Positions 20,933 through 32,950 are shown, numbered from the stretch's first letter. The stretch is DNA of 64,000 nucleotides from Pirellulales bacterium (GCA_963841515.1 CAWJDB010000010.1:431237-495236); one strand, 5' to 3'. Program-made: numbers and translations. Notes: generated from the sequence alone by a model not told the origin.

Positions 20933-22453
20933 ATGAAACGCTTTTTACCCCTGGTCGGCGCGGCCGTAGCCTGCGTGTTGTCGCTGGGGAACAACGCAGC
21001 CAACGCCGCCGAATTCACCGACCTCATGCGGCGGCTTCCCGCGGGCGCCAATGCCGTGGTGGTCATCAACGCCGCCAAGGTGTTCGCTAGTCCGCTGGCC
21101 CAACGCGAAGGCTGGCAGCAGAAATATGCCAGCGCCTTCGAGGCCGCGCCGCTCATCCTGCCCCCGACGGCGACCCAGTGCGTGATGGGCGCCAGGCTCG
21201 ATCTCGAATCGCTGCGGCCCGATTGGCAAGCCGCGGTCATGGAGCTGGCCGTCGACCCGACGCCGGCCGATATCGCCCAGCGGCGCGGCGGCACGGTCGA
21301 TTCGCTCGCCGCCGTCGACGCTATCTGGCTTCCCGGCAAAGCGTGCGTCCTCAAATTTGCTCCGCACACGTTCGGCTTGCTCGCCCCCGCCACACGGCAG
21401 CAGGCCGGCGCCTGGGCGGCCGCGGCCAAGTCGCCCGACGCCGCCCAACTGTCGCCCTATCTCATGCAAGCCGTGGGTTACGCCGACGCCGTGGGAACCG
21501 AGGTGATCCTGGCGCTCGACCTCCGCGACGCCTTCCGGCTAGAACACATCCGCGCCGCCGTCGCCAAGTCCGACGTGTTGAAGGGCGTGTCGCCCGACCA
21601 GGCCACCGCCATTCTCGCCAGCGTGCAGGGCGTGAAGCTCGGCGTGCTGGTGGGCGACCGTCTCACCGGCCAGTTGCAACTCGATTTCGCCGAAGACCCC
21701 GCCCCGCTGGCCAAGGTCGCCAAGCCGCTCATCCTCAAGCTCGTCGGCAAGGCTGGCGCCATGCTCGATGAGTTCGCGGAATGGGAACCCGTGGTGGACG
21801 CACATAGCTTGGCGCTCAAGGGCGAACTGACGACCGACGGCATGCGCCGGCTGTTCAGCATACTGGCGATCGACGCCGGCGCCATCGACCGCAGCGAACC
21901 CGAGGAGGGGCCGACGCCGGCCGCCAAGCAGCCCTCCCCCGAAGCCAAAGCGTCGCTTCGCTACTTCAAAGCGCTGAGCAAGTACGTGGACGACGCGCAG
22001 CGCATCGGCCGAGCTAACTCGTTCCAGCAGGCGGTGTTCTGGATTGAAAACTATGCGCGCAAGGTCGAGACGCTCCCCGCGCGGAACGTGGACCCGGAAC
22101 TGGCGCAGTACGGCGATTACGTGGCCAAGACATTTCGCGCCGTCGTCGATCAGGCGTATGGCGTCGCCCAAAAAGTCGAAAACGCCGAAAACTCCAATCC
22201 CGAAGTGAAAAGCTACCGCATGGGCTTGCTGCCGACCGGCCGCACGGTGAACTATGGCGGCTACTTCACGCGCGAGTACGCACCCTACGGCTACGCCGAC
22301 ATCGACCCCTCCGCCGGCGAGCACGCGCGGCAACAGACCGAGGACGAAGTCTACCGCGCCATCGAAACCGCCCGCACAACGCTTACGCAATTAGCCGCCG
22401 ATCAGGAGACGGTGCGGAAGAATCTCACGGAGCGCTACGGCCTGAAGTTCTAA
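20933..22453 (+). CDS. Hypothetical secreted protein
   Basis: The start MKRFLPLVGAAVACVLSLGNNAANAAEF is a signal peptide. ~506-aa intact ORF with no domain recognised. Confidence 0.45.
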   Translation: MKRFLPLVGAAVACVLSLGNNAANAAEFTDLMRRLPAGANAVVVINAAKVFASPLAQREGWQQKYASAFEAAPLILPPTATQCVMGARLDLESLRPDWQAAVMELAVDPTPADIAQRRGGTVDSLAAVDAIWLPGKACVLKFAPHTFGLLAPATRQQAGAWAAAAKSPDAAQLSPYLMQAVGYADAVGTEVILALDLRDAFRLEHIRAAVAKSDVLKGVSPDQATAILASVQGVKLGVLVGDRLTGQLQLDFAEDPAPLAKVAKPLILKLVGKAGAMLDEFAEWEPVVDAHSLALKGELTTDGMRRLFSILAIDAGAIDRSEPEEGPTPAAKQPSPEAKASLRYFKALSKYVDDAQRIGRANSFQQAVFWIENYARKVETLPARNVDPELAQYGDYVAKTFRAVVDQAYGVAQKVENAENSNPEVKSYRMGLLPTGRTVNYGGYFTREYAPYGYADIDPSAGEHARQQTEDEVYRAIETARTTLTQLAADQETVRKNLTERYGLKF

Positions 22454-22460
22454 CGGCCGT

Positions 22461-24556
22461 CTATTCTTGCGGCCGCTTGACGACCTTCACGCGCACGCCC
22501 GTCGCGCCCTGCAGTTCGACGCCCTGCCCCGCCGCCATCTCGATCGGTCCCGCGGGGCCGATGCCGTTCACGCTCACCTTTCCGTCACGCGTGGCCGTCA
22601 CGTCGAGCACCCAGTCGTGCAGGTAAATGCGCGTCACCGTCAGCTCCGGCCAGTCCGCGGGCAATTGCGGAGCGATGGCGAAACCCGTGGGCGTCGGCCG
22701 GAAGCCAAGGAATCCGTAGAGCATGACCTGCGGCACGAGCACGCTTTCGAAGAACTCGCGATCAAGCCCCAGCCCGCCGGCCACATTGCCGCCTTGTAGC
22801 GAGCCGCGTGCGGGATCTTTTTCGTAGTAAGCTCGATAGCCGCCCTCAGCTTGGGTCTCGCCAAACCATTGGGCAACTTCCGCGAGTTGCGCCGCTGCGT
22901 CATCAGGACCTGCGGTCTTCAGCCGGGCCATCACGTCGTAGTACGACCATCCCAGCACCGCGCCGCCGTCCTGCACCTGGTAGCCGAAGGGAATGCTCTC
23001 GGGCGACGACCACCCCCAGTAGTAGTAATCCAAATTTCGCCGCGTGGTGGACCGCGGGCCGAATCGCCAGTGATAAATGTCGCCCGCCACGGCTGTGTCG
23101 CCCTCGACGGTGCGCTCGCCGCTCAGCCACTGGTGGATCGACCGCGCCTGGTCCGCCGTCGCGAAATCGAAGTAGACGGCTTCGTTGTTGAGAAAGGTAA
23201 AGCCGTAGTCGTGCATCGCACCATCGAGGTCGACCGTGCCGAACCGCCCGGTCTTCTCATTCCAGAATCGTTTTCCGCCGTAAGCCTTGACCTCCGCGGC
23301 GAGTCGCCGCAAGTCGGCCGGGTCGTGGGCGTCGGCGCCGTGGGGCAGCCGCCACTCCGGGTGGTTGACGGCGAGCCCCTCAAGCTCCGCCAGATCCAGC
23401 AGCGTGTCGTAGCAATAGACGGTCGCCAGCGCATCTTCGCCGCCGAATGGCAACAGGTCCCAATAGTTCCCGCCCACCCCTTCGCCGGCAACGACTTGCT
23501 TGTTGCCGTCGACCCAGCGCACGCCGCTACGGCCCTCGTGGCCCACCCATGTGGTGTAGACGCACTTCCTCTCGCGAAGCTGGAACTCTCGCTCGACGAA
23601 CCGCATCGCCGTCCGCACGCGCGGCAGTTGCTCGCGCAGAAAGTCCACGTCGCCCGTCCATAGAAAGTAATCGTGGCAACCGCGGATGAAGTTGAGATTG
23701 TTCACCGTGTGCCGTGTGTCGCATGCCGTATGAAGCGACTTGATCACAATTTTCGTCGGCTTGCAGTTGCCGAAGCTCAGCCGCAGTCCCGTGATCGTGC
23801 CTTTCCAGCTTGGCACGTGGTAAAGCGGGATCATGGTTCGCGTGTCGCGCTGCGGCGACGCCGTGCGCGGTTCGCCGTCGGGTGGCCCATCAAAGTAAGC
23901 TCGCCGCTCCCCGGAGAACTCGGGCGCTTCGGCCGTCGTCCATTCCACGTAGCATTCGGTCGACCCCAACTCCTCAGGCCACCAGTTGAGCCGCAGAAAC
24001 GGGACCTTGGCGGCATCAATCGCAAAAGGCGGCGTTTGCACCGAGGCGCGGGGTCCCGTCAGCTCGACGACCCAACCCTGATCGTTGACGCCGTCGCTGG
24101 CGGCGCCCGCCAGCTTCCAATCATCCGGCGTGACCAGCGGTGCGTCGTACCCGGCAACCCCTGTGCCGCGAAAGTGCCATCCCACGCCGCCGGCTTGAGT
24201 CCACAGTGGAAATGGCCAGCCCCGCGCATGACCCAACCCGTCGTGCTGCTCCGTGTTGATATAGCCATCGGAGTCGAGGCCGCGACCAGCCAGCGCACGA
24301 GCCCACCGTTGCGCCATCGCGTCGAGCTCGGCGCCTGCCCCCGCGCCGGCCAGAGCGTGGCGTCGGGCAACCACTCGTCCCACAACGGAATCAACGGCCC
24401 AGCTCCTTCGTAGTGCTGCCAGAAGAGCGAGCGCAGCAGCTCCATCTCCGGTTCATGGCCCGGAACGACAAACCGTGGAAAATCCTCCGGCGGAGCGGCC
24501 GTGGCGTGAGCGACGGCCAGGAGCATTGGCAGAATCAAAGGTGCAACTCGACGCAT
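22461..24556 (-). pseudogene. Putative glycoside hydrolase (alpha/alpha-barrel-like) with signal peptide; frameshift near 24380
   Basis: Signal peptide MRRVAPLILPMLLAVAHATAAP is in 24059..24556. The body (YYWGWSSP, GGYRAYYE) is in 22461..24383. Confidence 0.35.
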
Positions 24557-24637
24557 GACTCCGCCATCGTAACCCCAACCAGATACCGGGGCTACAAGCT
24601 GCCCACGGCTTGACGACCGGCGCCCACGACAGTCAAG

Positions 24638-26316
24638 TTGACATTCATGATTCTGACCGGATATCGCACTTTTCTCACGTTGACGCTGCTAGTGGCGCTT
24701 GGGGCTCCGCCTCCGCGCGCCACCGCCGCGGCGCCGACTCAGACATACGATGTGGTCGTCTATGGCGGCACGTCGGCCGGCATTGCCGCGGCCATTCAGA
24801 CAACTCGACTGGGCAAGTCGGTCGTTCTCATCGAGCCCGGCCACTGGGTCGGCGGGCTCACCACAGGCGGACTAGGGGCCACCGACATCGGCAACAAGCA
24901 GGCCATCGGCGGGATCGCCCGCGAATTCTACGCCCGCATTTGGAAATATTACGACGACCCGGCGAACTGGACCCATGAGACGCGCGACGAATACCTGGCC
25001 AACCGCGCCGATCGTCAGGGCTCCAGTGAACCGACCATGTGGACCTTCGAGCCCCACGCCGCCGACGCCGTCTTTGCCGACATGCTCCGCGAGGCCGCCG
25101 TGCCGGTCGTGAAGAGAGAGCGGCTCAACCTCGACGACGGCGTGGTGAAGGAGGGCCCGCGCATCGTGGCCATCAAGATGGAGTCCGGCGCGAATACCGG
25201 GGGCGCGTGTTCATCGACGCCGCCTACGAAGGCGATCTCATGGCCAAGGCGGGCGTCAGCTACCACGTGGGTCGGGAAGCCAACGCCGATTACGGCGAAA
25301 CCCTCAACGGCGTGCAAACGCGCCGCGCCGTGAAGCACCAGTTCGAAAAACGCGTCGATCCCTACGTCATCCCTGGCAACGCGAAATCGGGGCTGCTGCC
25401 AGGAATTGACGCCACGGGACCAGGCGAAGAGTTCACCGGCGATCATCGCGTGCAGACATACAACTTCCGCCTGTGCACGACTGACGTGCCCGAGAATCGG
25501 CGACCCTGGCCGAAGCCCGCCAACTACGATCCGGCCAAATATGAATTGCTGCTCCGCAACTGCGACGCGGGCGACACGCGCATCCCCTGGGCGCCCATTT
25601 GGATGCCCAATCGAAAGACAGATACGAACAACAATCACGCCATTTCGACCGACTACATCGGCCAAAACTACGACTACCCGGACGGCGATTACGCCACCCG
25701 CGATCGGATCTGGCAAGAGCACGTCGAATACACCCAGGGCCTGCTGTGGACGCTCGCCAACTCGCCCCGCGTCGCCGCGGCCGTGCAGGCCGACTTCCAG
25801 CGGCTCGGGCTGGCCCGCGACGAGTTCGTCGACAACGACAACTGGCCCCGTCAGCTCTACATCCGCGAAGCGCGCCGCATGGTGAGCGACTACGTCATGA
25901 CCGAGCTGGACTGCCGCCGCCAGCGCGTGGCCGAGGACTCCGTGGGAATGGGCGCCTACAACATGGACTCGCACAACGTCCAGCGCTATGTTTTGCCCGA
26001 GGGGTTCGTCCGCAACGAAGGCGATATTCAGGTGGGCGCTCGGCCCTACCCGATCAGCTACCGCTCAATCTGCCCGCGGGCGGGCGAGTGCACCAACCTG
26101 CTCGTGCCCGTATGCTTAAGCGCGACGCACATCGCCTACGGCTCGATCCGCATGGAACCGGTGTTCATGGTCCTAGGCCAATCGGCGGCGACCGCGGCGG
26201 TTCAGGCCATTGATCAGGGCGCCAACGTGCAACAAATCGACTACAATCGCCTGAAGAGACGGCTGCTGGCCGACCGGCAGGTCCTCGAACTGAATCCTGA
26301 GGAAATTGGCCGATGA
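24638..26316 (+). pseudogene. FAD-dependent oxidoreductase (FAD_oxidored family, common in polysaccharide loci); frameshift near 25200
   Basis: Signal peptide then YDVVVYGGTSAGIAAAI (GxGxxG) in 24638..25333. It continues RVFIDAAYEGDLMAKAG in 25039..26316. Confidence 0.5.
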
Positions 26317-27461
26317 CCATCCGATTCATTGGGGCCGCCGGCATTCTCTTCATGGTCTCCGTCGCCGCCGCCCAGGACCGGCCGGTGGATCGAGCCAAGA
26401 TCGATGCGCTCGCGCGCCGGATCGAGCCCTCGCACGCCGGGGTCGCTGATCGGCTTCCGCAGTACATCGCGTTCTTCCGCAAGCACATGGTCGACGAGCC
26501 GCGGCTGTATGTGTTCGACGTGCAAGCCGCGCCAGCGGGCGATCGCGGAGCGGCGCTGCGCGGGTTTGTCGAGCTGCGGGAGTCGCGTAACGCCGTGGCC
26601 GTGTACCTGCAGATGTTGGGCTTTGACCCGGTCGACAACCAGATCGAGGTGCTGCCCGCGGCAGATCTCGGCGAAAAAAAGTTTGGTTTTATCAAGTCAG
26701 CGCACGCATTGTGCTACGAGGAGCCCGGCGCCGGGCTCGTGGCCACCGACGGGTTTCTCGGCGAACCGGTGCTGCTGTTGCGCGAACAGGATGGCAACCT
26801 GCTGGTCCACTGCGGCGACGGCTACCTCGGTTGGGCCCACGGCGAGGACGTTCACCGCGTCGACGCCGCCGACTTCAACGCGTATCTCGACAGCCCGGCG
26901 GTCGACGTGCACACCGACTGCCAGGCTAAGTCGGGCATGCTCGTGCCGGCCGGGGCGCGACTCAAGCTCGTTGGCTCCGACGACGAGGCGGTAATCGCCC
27001 AGACGCCTACCGGCGAAGAACTCTCGTTGCCGGCCGTCTCGTGCGAGACCTGGCAGCCGCCGACGGCGGCGATCGAGGCCATCATCGCCAACGCCCGTAA
27101 GCTGTTGGGCACGGAATATGTGTGGGGCGGCAAGACGTCGAAAGGGATCGACTGCTCGGGTCTAGTGCAGGTGTCTTACGCCCGCGCCGGCTTCAGCCTG
27201 CCGCGCGACGCCAGCCAGCAATTTCAAGTCGGACAACTAACTGGCACTCGCTGGTGGACCGCCGGCATGCGCCGGGGCGACACAATGTACTTCGTCGATC
27301 CCCAGGGGCACATCAGCCACACCGGGATCTACCTGGGCGACAACGAATACATCCACGCCGTAACGCCCGTGGTAACCATAAACAGCTTCGACCCGAAGGC
27401 CAAGAACTACAGCCAGGGTCGCCGCGACGGCTTCGCCTTCGCCCGGCGGCCGCTGCACTAG
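26313..27461 (+). CDS. NlpC/P60 family peptidase, secreted
   Basis: Signal peptide, and C-terminal YVWGGKTSKGIDCSGLVQ...HTGIYLG (Cys-His catalytic pair). Confidence 0.65.
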   Translation: MTIRFIGAAGILFMVSVAAAQDRPVDRAKIDALARRIEPSHAGVADRLPQYIAFFRKHMVDEPRLYVFDVQAAPAGDRGAALRGFVELRESRNAVAVYLQMLGFDPVDNQIEVLPAADLGEKKFGFIKSAHALCYEEPGAGLVATDGFLGEPVLLLREQDGNLLVHCGDGYLGWAHGEDVHRVDAADFNAYLDSPAVDVHTDCQAKSGMLVPAGARLKLVGSDDEAVIAQTPTGEELSLPAVSCETWQPPTAAIEAIIANARKLLGTEYVWGGKTSKGIDCSGLVQVSYARAGFSLPRDASQQFQVGQLTGTRWWTAGMRRGDTMYFVDPQGHISHTGIYLGDNEYIHAVTPVVTINSFDPKAKNYSQGRRDGFAFARRPLH

Positions 27462-28652
27462 CCGCGGTTGCCCTGCTGCGATTGCTTTTTGGCCATCCGT
27501 TCCTTGCGCACCTGTTCGGACTTCTCGCGGGCGGCTTGCCGCGCGGCGGCGCGCTCGGCCACCATTTGTTGCTGCTTAAGCTGCCGGTTCACCACCGCCG
27601 TCAGCCGCCGGGCGTCCACCACGTACAGCTTGGGATCGTCGATCACAAACGGCGTGGACCACGTGCGGCCGTCGTTGCGGTTGCACACGTCGAAGAAGTA
27701 CGTGCGCATCTGCCGGGCGGTGTAGCTGTACGGATACTGCGAGGTGATGTAGTCGGCCTGCGTCAGTTCGTCGACGCCGGGGCTGGCGTAGTAGTGCACC
27801 ATGCCGTCGGCGCTGTACGAGACGCCAAGCGTCCACCAGCCGAACTGGTCAATTTCCTTGGCGATAAAGTCGCGGCCCATGCGGTCGCCGCGGACGGTAA
27901 TGTACGCCGAATCAGGCTTGGCTTCCTTGCCGTCGCGCGAGCCGCCGGGGCGGAAATTGATCCACATGCCCGGCCAATAGGCTTCGATCTTGTCCTCGCT
28001 CGACCAGCTGAACAGGCCGGCGGTCTTCGTGGTGGTCAGCGTCGAGGCGCTCGTGCGGAAACCAAACTGCGGTCCGCCGCGGCGCTCCCACTGCTCGGCC
28101 GGCGGCAGGTAGACGCGCACCGTGACGCTTGGCCGCTCGCTCACCGGAATGCCGCCGCGGAGGCGACCCAGGGCGTTGGAGATGAGATCGTCCTGTTGCA
28201 CGTCGTTCGAGTTGTAGCCAGGAATCCCCGAGTGGAGCGTCCGCAACAACAGCGCCCTGACTGCTGCCCGGCAGGCCGCCCGCGGGCGTGGGGATGACCT
28301 GAATCTGGTCCGGCTGGCCGCGCTCGGGCCCCTCGTGCCAGCGATTATTGGTCGAGAAACCCATCGGGCCGCGCTGGCGCTCGTCCTGCTCGCGCGAACT
28401 CTTGGGCATTTGATGCACGAATTTCCAGTCGGCTTCCTCGAAGTCGTCGCTGCCGTACTCGATGCACGTGCCCGTGCCCGGCACGATCGCGCTGGCGGAC
28501 GGCCGATTGGAGGCCGGACGGTTGACGGTGTAGACCGGATTCTTTGACGGCTTGGCGGCTTCGGCGTTCCGCATGGCGGCCAACGGGAGGACGAACGCGC
28601 AACAAACAGCGGCCAAGGGCGCCTTTGGGCGCCAAAAACGGCGGGTGGGCAT
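27458..28652 (-). pseudogene. Hypothetical secreted protein; frameshift near 28250
   Basis: MPTRRFWRPKAPLAAVCCAFVLPLAAMRNAEAA signal peptide in 27912..28877. The body is in 27458..28795. Confidence 0.4.
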
Positions 28653-28904
28653 GGGTCTCGTGCCAGGCGGGTGATTTTGGCGGGGGCGGCTGAGCCGCCG
28701 CAGTCGGCGCTGCGGCGGCCTGCTCGCTTTGTATCGGCACGCCTGTTGGGCTCCCTTACGCCCGTTACGCGTTCCCCCCAAGTCGGCGCCATCAATGATA
28801 TCGCCGAGCGTGCTCGCCGGCGCCAGCATCCGTTGCGGCCTGGCGTTTGCTTGCCTCTTGGCTAGCGCCGCGTACACTTATAGTGGGCGCGTGTTCAGAT
28901 CGCT

Positions 28905-28958
28905 CCCTTCCGGCTCCCTCCCCCTCCGCGGGGAGGGCTGGGGAGGGGGGAAATTGTG
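28905..28958. repeat. REP-like element (CCCTCCCCCTCCGCGGGGAGGGCTGGGGAGGGGGG)
   Basis: Homologous to 4030..4078. Confidence 0.6.
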
Positions 28959-29862
28959 AGGGCTTTCGAAATGGTCAAAGCCGTTTCCCGACGAACGCCC
29001 GTCCCCATGCGCCGACCAACGGCCAGATCGCCGCCCACCTGGACGAAGCGGCGGACCTGCTCCAGCGCGAGGGAGCCAACGAATTCCGCGTCCGGGCCTA
29101 CCATCGCGGCGCCGAGACCCTCCGCGCGCTGGGGCCGCCGATCGACGAGGTGTTTCGGCGACAGGGCCTCGCGGGCGTCAAACGGTTGCCCGGCATCGGC
29201 GACACGCTGGCGCAGGCGATCGAGGAAATGCTCGAGTCAGGGCGGTTCCCGCTCTTGAAGCGCCTCCGCGGCGCAGTGCGCCGGCTCGACTGTTCACCAC
29301 TGTGGCCGACATCGGCCCCAAGCTGGCCGCGCGCATTTACGACGAACTGGGCATCGAAACGCTGGCCGAACTGGAGGCCGCGAGCTGGGACGGCCGGCTG
29401 GCCCGCGTGCCGGGGATGGGCCCCAAGCGAATCCGCGCCGTGCGCGAGTCGCTCGCTGGCCGCTTTCGTGATTCGCAGCGAGCCCACCGCGAGCGCAAGG
29501 CCCCGCCGCTCGACGACGAGCCTGCCGTCGAGGAACTGCTCGACGTCGACGAGCAGTATCGCCGGCTGGCCGAGCGCGACCGGCTCATGCGCATGGCGCC
29601 GCGCCGATTCAACCCGGGCGGCCAGGCCTGGCTCCCGATCCTGCACGCCGAGCGCGGCGACCGCCGCTACACGGCGATGTTCTCGAACACCGGCCGGGCG
29701 CATGAGTTGGGCATGACGCATGACTGGGTGGTCATCTACCGCGACGAGAAGGGCGCCCGCGGCCAGTGGACCGTGATCACGTCGCGACTGGGCCGGCTCA
29801 AGGGACGCCGCGTCGTGCGCGGCCGCGAAGACGAATGCGCCCAGTGGTACGCCGACCGTTGA
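28956..29862 (+). pseudogene. DNA polymerase X N-terminal-like helix-hairpin-helix protein without polymerase domain; two frameshifts
   Basis: NGQIAAHLDEAADLLQREGANEFRVRAYHRGAETL...LPGIGDTLAQAIEE in 28847..29716. The second HhH region VADIGPKLAARIYDELGIETLAELEAA...VPGMGPKRIRAV is in 29302..29862. Confidence 0.4.
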
Positions 29863-29863
29863 T

Positions 29864-30559
29864 TCAGACCGTTTCGGCCAATTCGCGCGGCATCGCACGG
29901 TATGTCGACGGGCGCCGCGGACGCGGCGGCGGCGCGAGCCCGGCGCCGATTTGGCCGCCCAGTTCTTCCAGGTTCCAGCGCTCCTCGGCATCGGTCGTGT
30001 CGCGGGCCACGGAGGTGACGGCGTTCATCAAACCGTAGCGCGAGCGGTCGCCGCTCCGGAAGAAGCGGTCCTTGATGTCCCGCAAGGCGCGGCCCAAAAA
30101 CGACAACTCCCGCCGCGAGAAGTGCGACATCAAGTCGAGCGCCAGGTCGGCGTCGGTGCCGCCGGCCTCACGCAGGCGCGACATGATCCCCGTAAAGGTT
30201 TCCTCGGTCGCGCAGGCGTCGATGGCTTCACGCAACAAGTAGAAAGCCTGATCGCGATCGTAGAGATCAAGATCCCCCACTTCGCGGCTGCTGAGCACGC
30301 GGGCCGTGATCGCGCCGTTGCGGCACACCTCGCGGAACAAATACGGGTGCACAAGGACTTCGTCCTCATTGGCCTTGACGGCGACCCCGGCCTGCATGCG
30401 ATCGCCGGGGCGCACTTTCTCAACCCGCGGCAGCACCGAGCGGGCCAATAGCCCATCGCCCTCCTCGAACACGGATGTCACGCGACCGCCGCGTGCGGTG
30501 ATTTCCTCCGTGAAGATGTCCAGGACGTCGGCGTTGGCGAGCGCGTGGCTCCTACTCAT
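29864..30559 (-). CDS. DUF932-domain protein (phage/plasmid-associated family)
   Basis: 232 aa from MSRSHALANADVLDIF, with VLVHPYLFREVCRNGAI as in DUF932. Confidence 0.45.
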   Translation of the reverse strand: MSRSHALANADVLDIFTEEITARGGRVTSVFEEGDGLLARSVLPRVEKVRPGDRMQAGVAVKANEDEVLVHPYLFREVCRNGAITARVLSSREVGDLDLYDRDQAFYLLREAIDACATEETFTGIMSRLREAGGTDADLALDLMSHFSRRELSFLGRALRDIKDRFFRSGDRSRYGLMNAVTSVARDTTDAEERWNLEELGGQIGAGLAPPPRPRRPSTYRAMPRELAETV

Positions 30560-30699
30560 GGTTGTTCTCCTCACGTGTGCGATGCTCAGGATGCAAACCG
30601 AATCAGCCGTTGCAATACGGCGCGCTTGGGCGGCGCGTGGCGGCGGTATTATACCGATTGCAGAAGCCGCCCACGGGTTCGCAACTTGCATGCCGGCCA

Positions 30700-31188
30700 A
30701 TCGCCGCCGACGCATTCTGCGGTGCACGAAGTTACTTTCGCGCTCAAGCGGCGCGGACTTAGGGCCTATGCGCAGAGCGGGCAGAAAGGGCTGACCGCAC
30801 CCCTCCAGCTTCTCTTCCAGCCGAGCCGTGCAGTCGCACTCGCCGCACGCCCACGGGTCTGTCCCATTTTCGTCGCGGCAGTTGCGCCGCGCGTGGGCGT
30901 CCTGGACTTTCACCACCTCGAAGAACTCTTCCCAGTACGGCAGCTCCTCCGCCAGCGGCGTAGGGCAGTAGCACACCTCGACCCAGCGGGCCGTGCCGTC
31001 GTCGCACAGCCGTGCGTCATGCATGTTGCGCAGATATTCGTCGCCCGCCACCGAGCCCGCGCCGGCGCGGCGGTTTCGATGGCGTTCAACAGGGCGGCGT
31101 GCTGGCCGTCCTTGACACGTGCGCGGACGAGATAACGCATAGTCGATGCCGCTACTGTTCCCGTCTCAGCTTTCTCGCCGGACGGCAA
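30700..31188 (-). pseudogene. Cysteine-rich hypothetical protein (CYCPTPL...WACGECDC); frameshift near 31075 and no in-frame stop before the DUF932 gene
   Basis: The N-terminus MRYLVRARVKDGQHAALLNAIETAA is in 30910..31188. It continues GDEYLRNMHDARLCDDG... in the 29864..31051 frame. Confidence 0.35.
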
Positions 31189-31259
31189 AAGTCCAAGAGC
31201 CGGATATTGGACATTCTACGCTCGCTCGGTCGCGTGCGGGTAGGTGCAACAGTACGCGC

Positions 31260-31301
31260 GGCAGGAGTCGAACCTGCAACCCCGGCTTCGTAGAATTTTC
31301 A
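31260..31301 (-). repeat. Partial copy (3' 42 nt, anticodon stem to acceptor) of tRNA-Arg(ACG); direct repeat of 48410..48452
   Basis: acgcgcggcaggagtcgaacctgcaaccccggcttcgtag is identical, apart from one indel, to the 3' part of the tRNA at 48410..48484. Confidence 0.7.
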
Positions 31302-31450
31302 CGCCGAACGCGGAGACCGGCGCTTTTCCCTACGAATTCTCGGGATGTTAGCAACTATGACCTTGCCTCGCCAACGATTAGAGATTGCCGGGATCGCATT
31401 AATGAATTCGGAGGCCGAGATTACTCCCGGCCTCCGGTCGTCATAAACCA

Positions 31451-32551
31451 CTACAACAAATTGACCACACGGTCGGCCAAACCCTTCTCGCCCAGGACCA
31501 CGTTGAGCTTGCCGCTCGCCGCGACACGCTCCAGGACTTCCAGCTCCCGTAGTCGCATGAGCGTCGGGTTGTCGGCCAACAGCCGGGCGGTATTCGCCTG
31601 ACTGCGCATGGCCGCCGTCTCCTCGCGGCGAACGATCAAGTTGGCCTCGGCAGCCTTCTTGGCCTCGGTCACCTTGTTCATCAGGTCCTTCATGTCGCCC
31701 GGCAGGATGACGTCGCGGACGCCCACCGACACGACCGCCAGACCCAACTCGCCGGCGCAACGGCGGACCGCTTCCTCAAACTCGCCGGTGACCACGTCCT
31801 TGTCGGTCAAGAACGAGTCGAGATCGCGAGCCGCCACGACGGCGCGCAACGCCAACTGAGCCTCTCGGTACAGCGACTGCATTGCGCCCTCGGCCACCGT
31901 GACCGACTGCCGCGCATCAGTCACTCGGTAGGTGACGACGGCGTTCATCCGCAGCGTCACCTTGTCGGCGGTCATGATTTCCTGACCGGCGACGTCCAGG
32001 GTCTGCTCGCGGAGGTCGACGTCGACCACTTTTGCGTCGGCCACGCCGCGCCACCAGGCATAGTCGCCCGGGGTAAGCGTTTCGACGTATTCGCCGTCCT
32101 GGAAGGCAACGCCCACGTGGCACCGCGGAACCGAGCAGACGTCGAGCACCTGCGCGGCATGCGGGCTGCGGACAATCACCTTGAAGTCCGGATGCTGGAA
32201 CCGAACTTCGCGGGCGTCGACGACCTCGATGCGCACCTCCTTAACGCCGGTCCAGTACGCATACAGACCCGGCGGCAGGAGGTGGCTGAAGCGACCGTCG
32301 ATCCACACCAGCGCACGCTGGTAGTCCTTTAGGTCGACGACTTCAGCGCGATCGGCTAGGGCGCCGCTCTTGACGATCATGTCGAGCTTTTCGTGCTGGA
32401 GCCACGGAGTGCGCTGCGACACGACGTCGACCTTGACATTCCAGAGCGGGTCAAACAGCCAATGCCGGCCGGCGCCGAGCACGCCGCGGAACTCGCCGTC
32501 GCGGAAGTACAGACCGACTTCGTAAGTGTGGATGTGAATTCGCTTGAACAT
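31451..32551 (-). CDS. SPFH/band-7 (slipin-like) domain protein
   Basis: 366-aa intact ORF starting MFKRIHIHTYEVGLYFRDGEF, with a C-terminal coiled-coil. Confidence 0.65.
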   Translation of the reverse strand: MFKRIHIHTYEVGLYFRDGEFRGVLGAGRHWLFDPLWNVKVDVVSQRTPWLQHEKLDMIVKSGALADRAEVVDLKDYQRALVWIDGRFSHLLPPGLYAYWTGVKEVRIEVVDAREVRFQHPDFKVIVRSPHAAQVLDVCSVPRCHVGVAFQDGEYVETLTPGDYAWWRGVADAKVVDVDLREQTLDVAGQEIMTADKVTLRMNAVVTYRVTDARQSVTVAEGAMQSLYREAQLALRAVVAARDLDSFLTDKDVVTGEFEEAVRRCAGELGLAVVSVGVRDVILPGDMKDLMNKVTEAKKAAEANLIVRREETAAMRSQANTARLLADNPTLMRLRELEVLERVAASGKLNVVLGEKGLADRVVNLL

Positions 32552-32950
32552 GATGGTCGTACCTCCTTTCCTGGAATGTGCGGCGGTTGCCGCAGGAAGA
32601 TCAGGACGATGTGCGTATTCAAATGGTTCGGCGTTGAGCCAAAAAAACCCTCAGGCAACGGAACGAATGACCGATCACGCCTCCGCGCACGGAGTGCTGT
32701 TTGAGCAGTCACGGCCGCAGCGTCGTCCACAGGCTTCCGCCATGTGCATCGCACAGCCTGAGGCCGCGCGACGCCTTCCGGTTTACCGCTTGTTCGTGAC
32801 GCTGCGCAGCGTAAGCGCGGAATCCACGCACTGCATAGCGCCGGTATGCGTTGCCGAAGCGTCATCGCCTCGCCGAAGCGAGAACGACGACGCGCGGCCA
32901 ACCCATCATTCGTCCGTTGCCCTTGGGGTTGCTGGTGCGAGCTTGCGCTC

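Noticed and set aside
20748-20936. 62-aa plus-strand ORF (..LTEEERAEYAGYVRANKFISILKRQAERL) upstream of the secreted-protein gene
   Set aside because: No RBS or start context could be verified and it overlaps the 5' leader of the next gene. It could be a real small protein, but the evidence is insufficient.
32552-32950. tRNA genes in the 400 nt between the SPFH gene and the first array gene
   Set aside because: No T-loop or cloverleaf signatures were found. The only partial match (GCGGAATCCACGC) lacks flanking stems.
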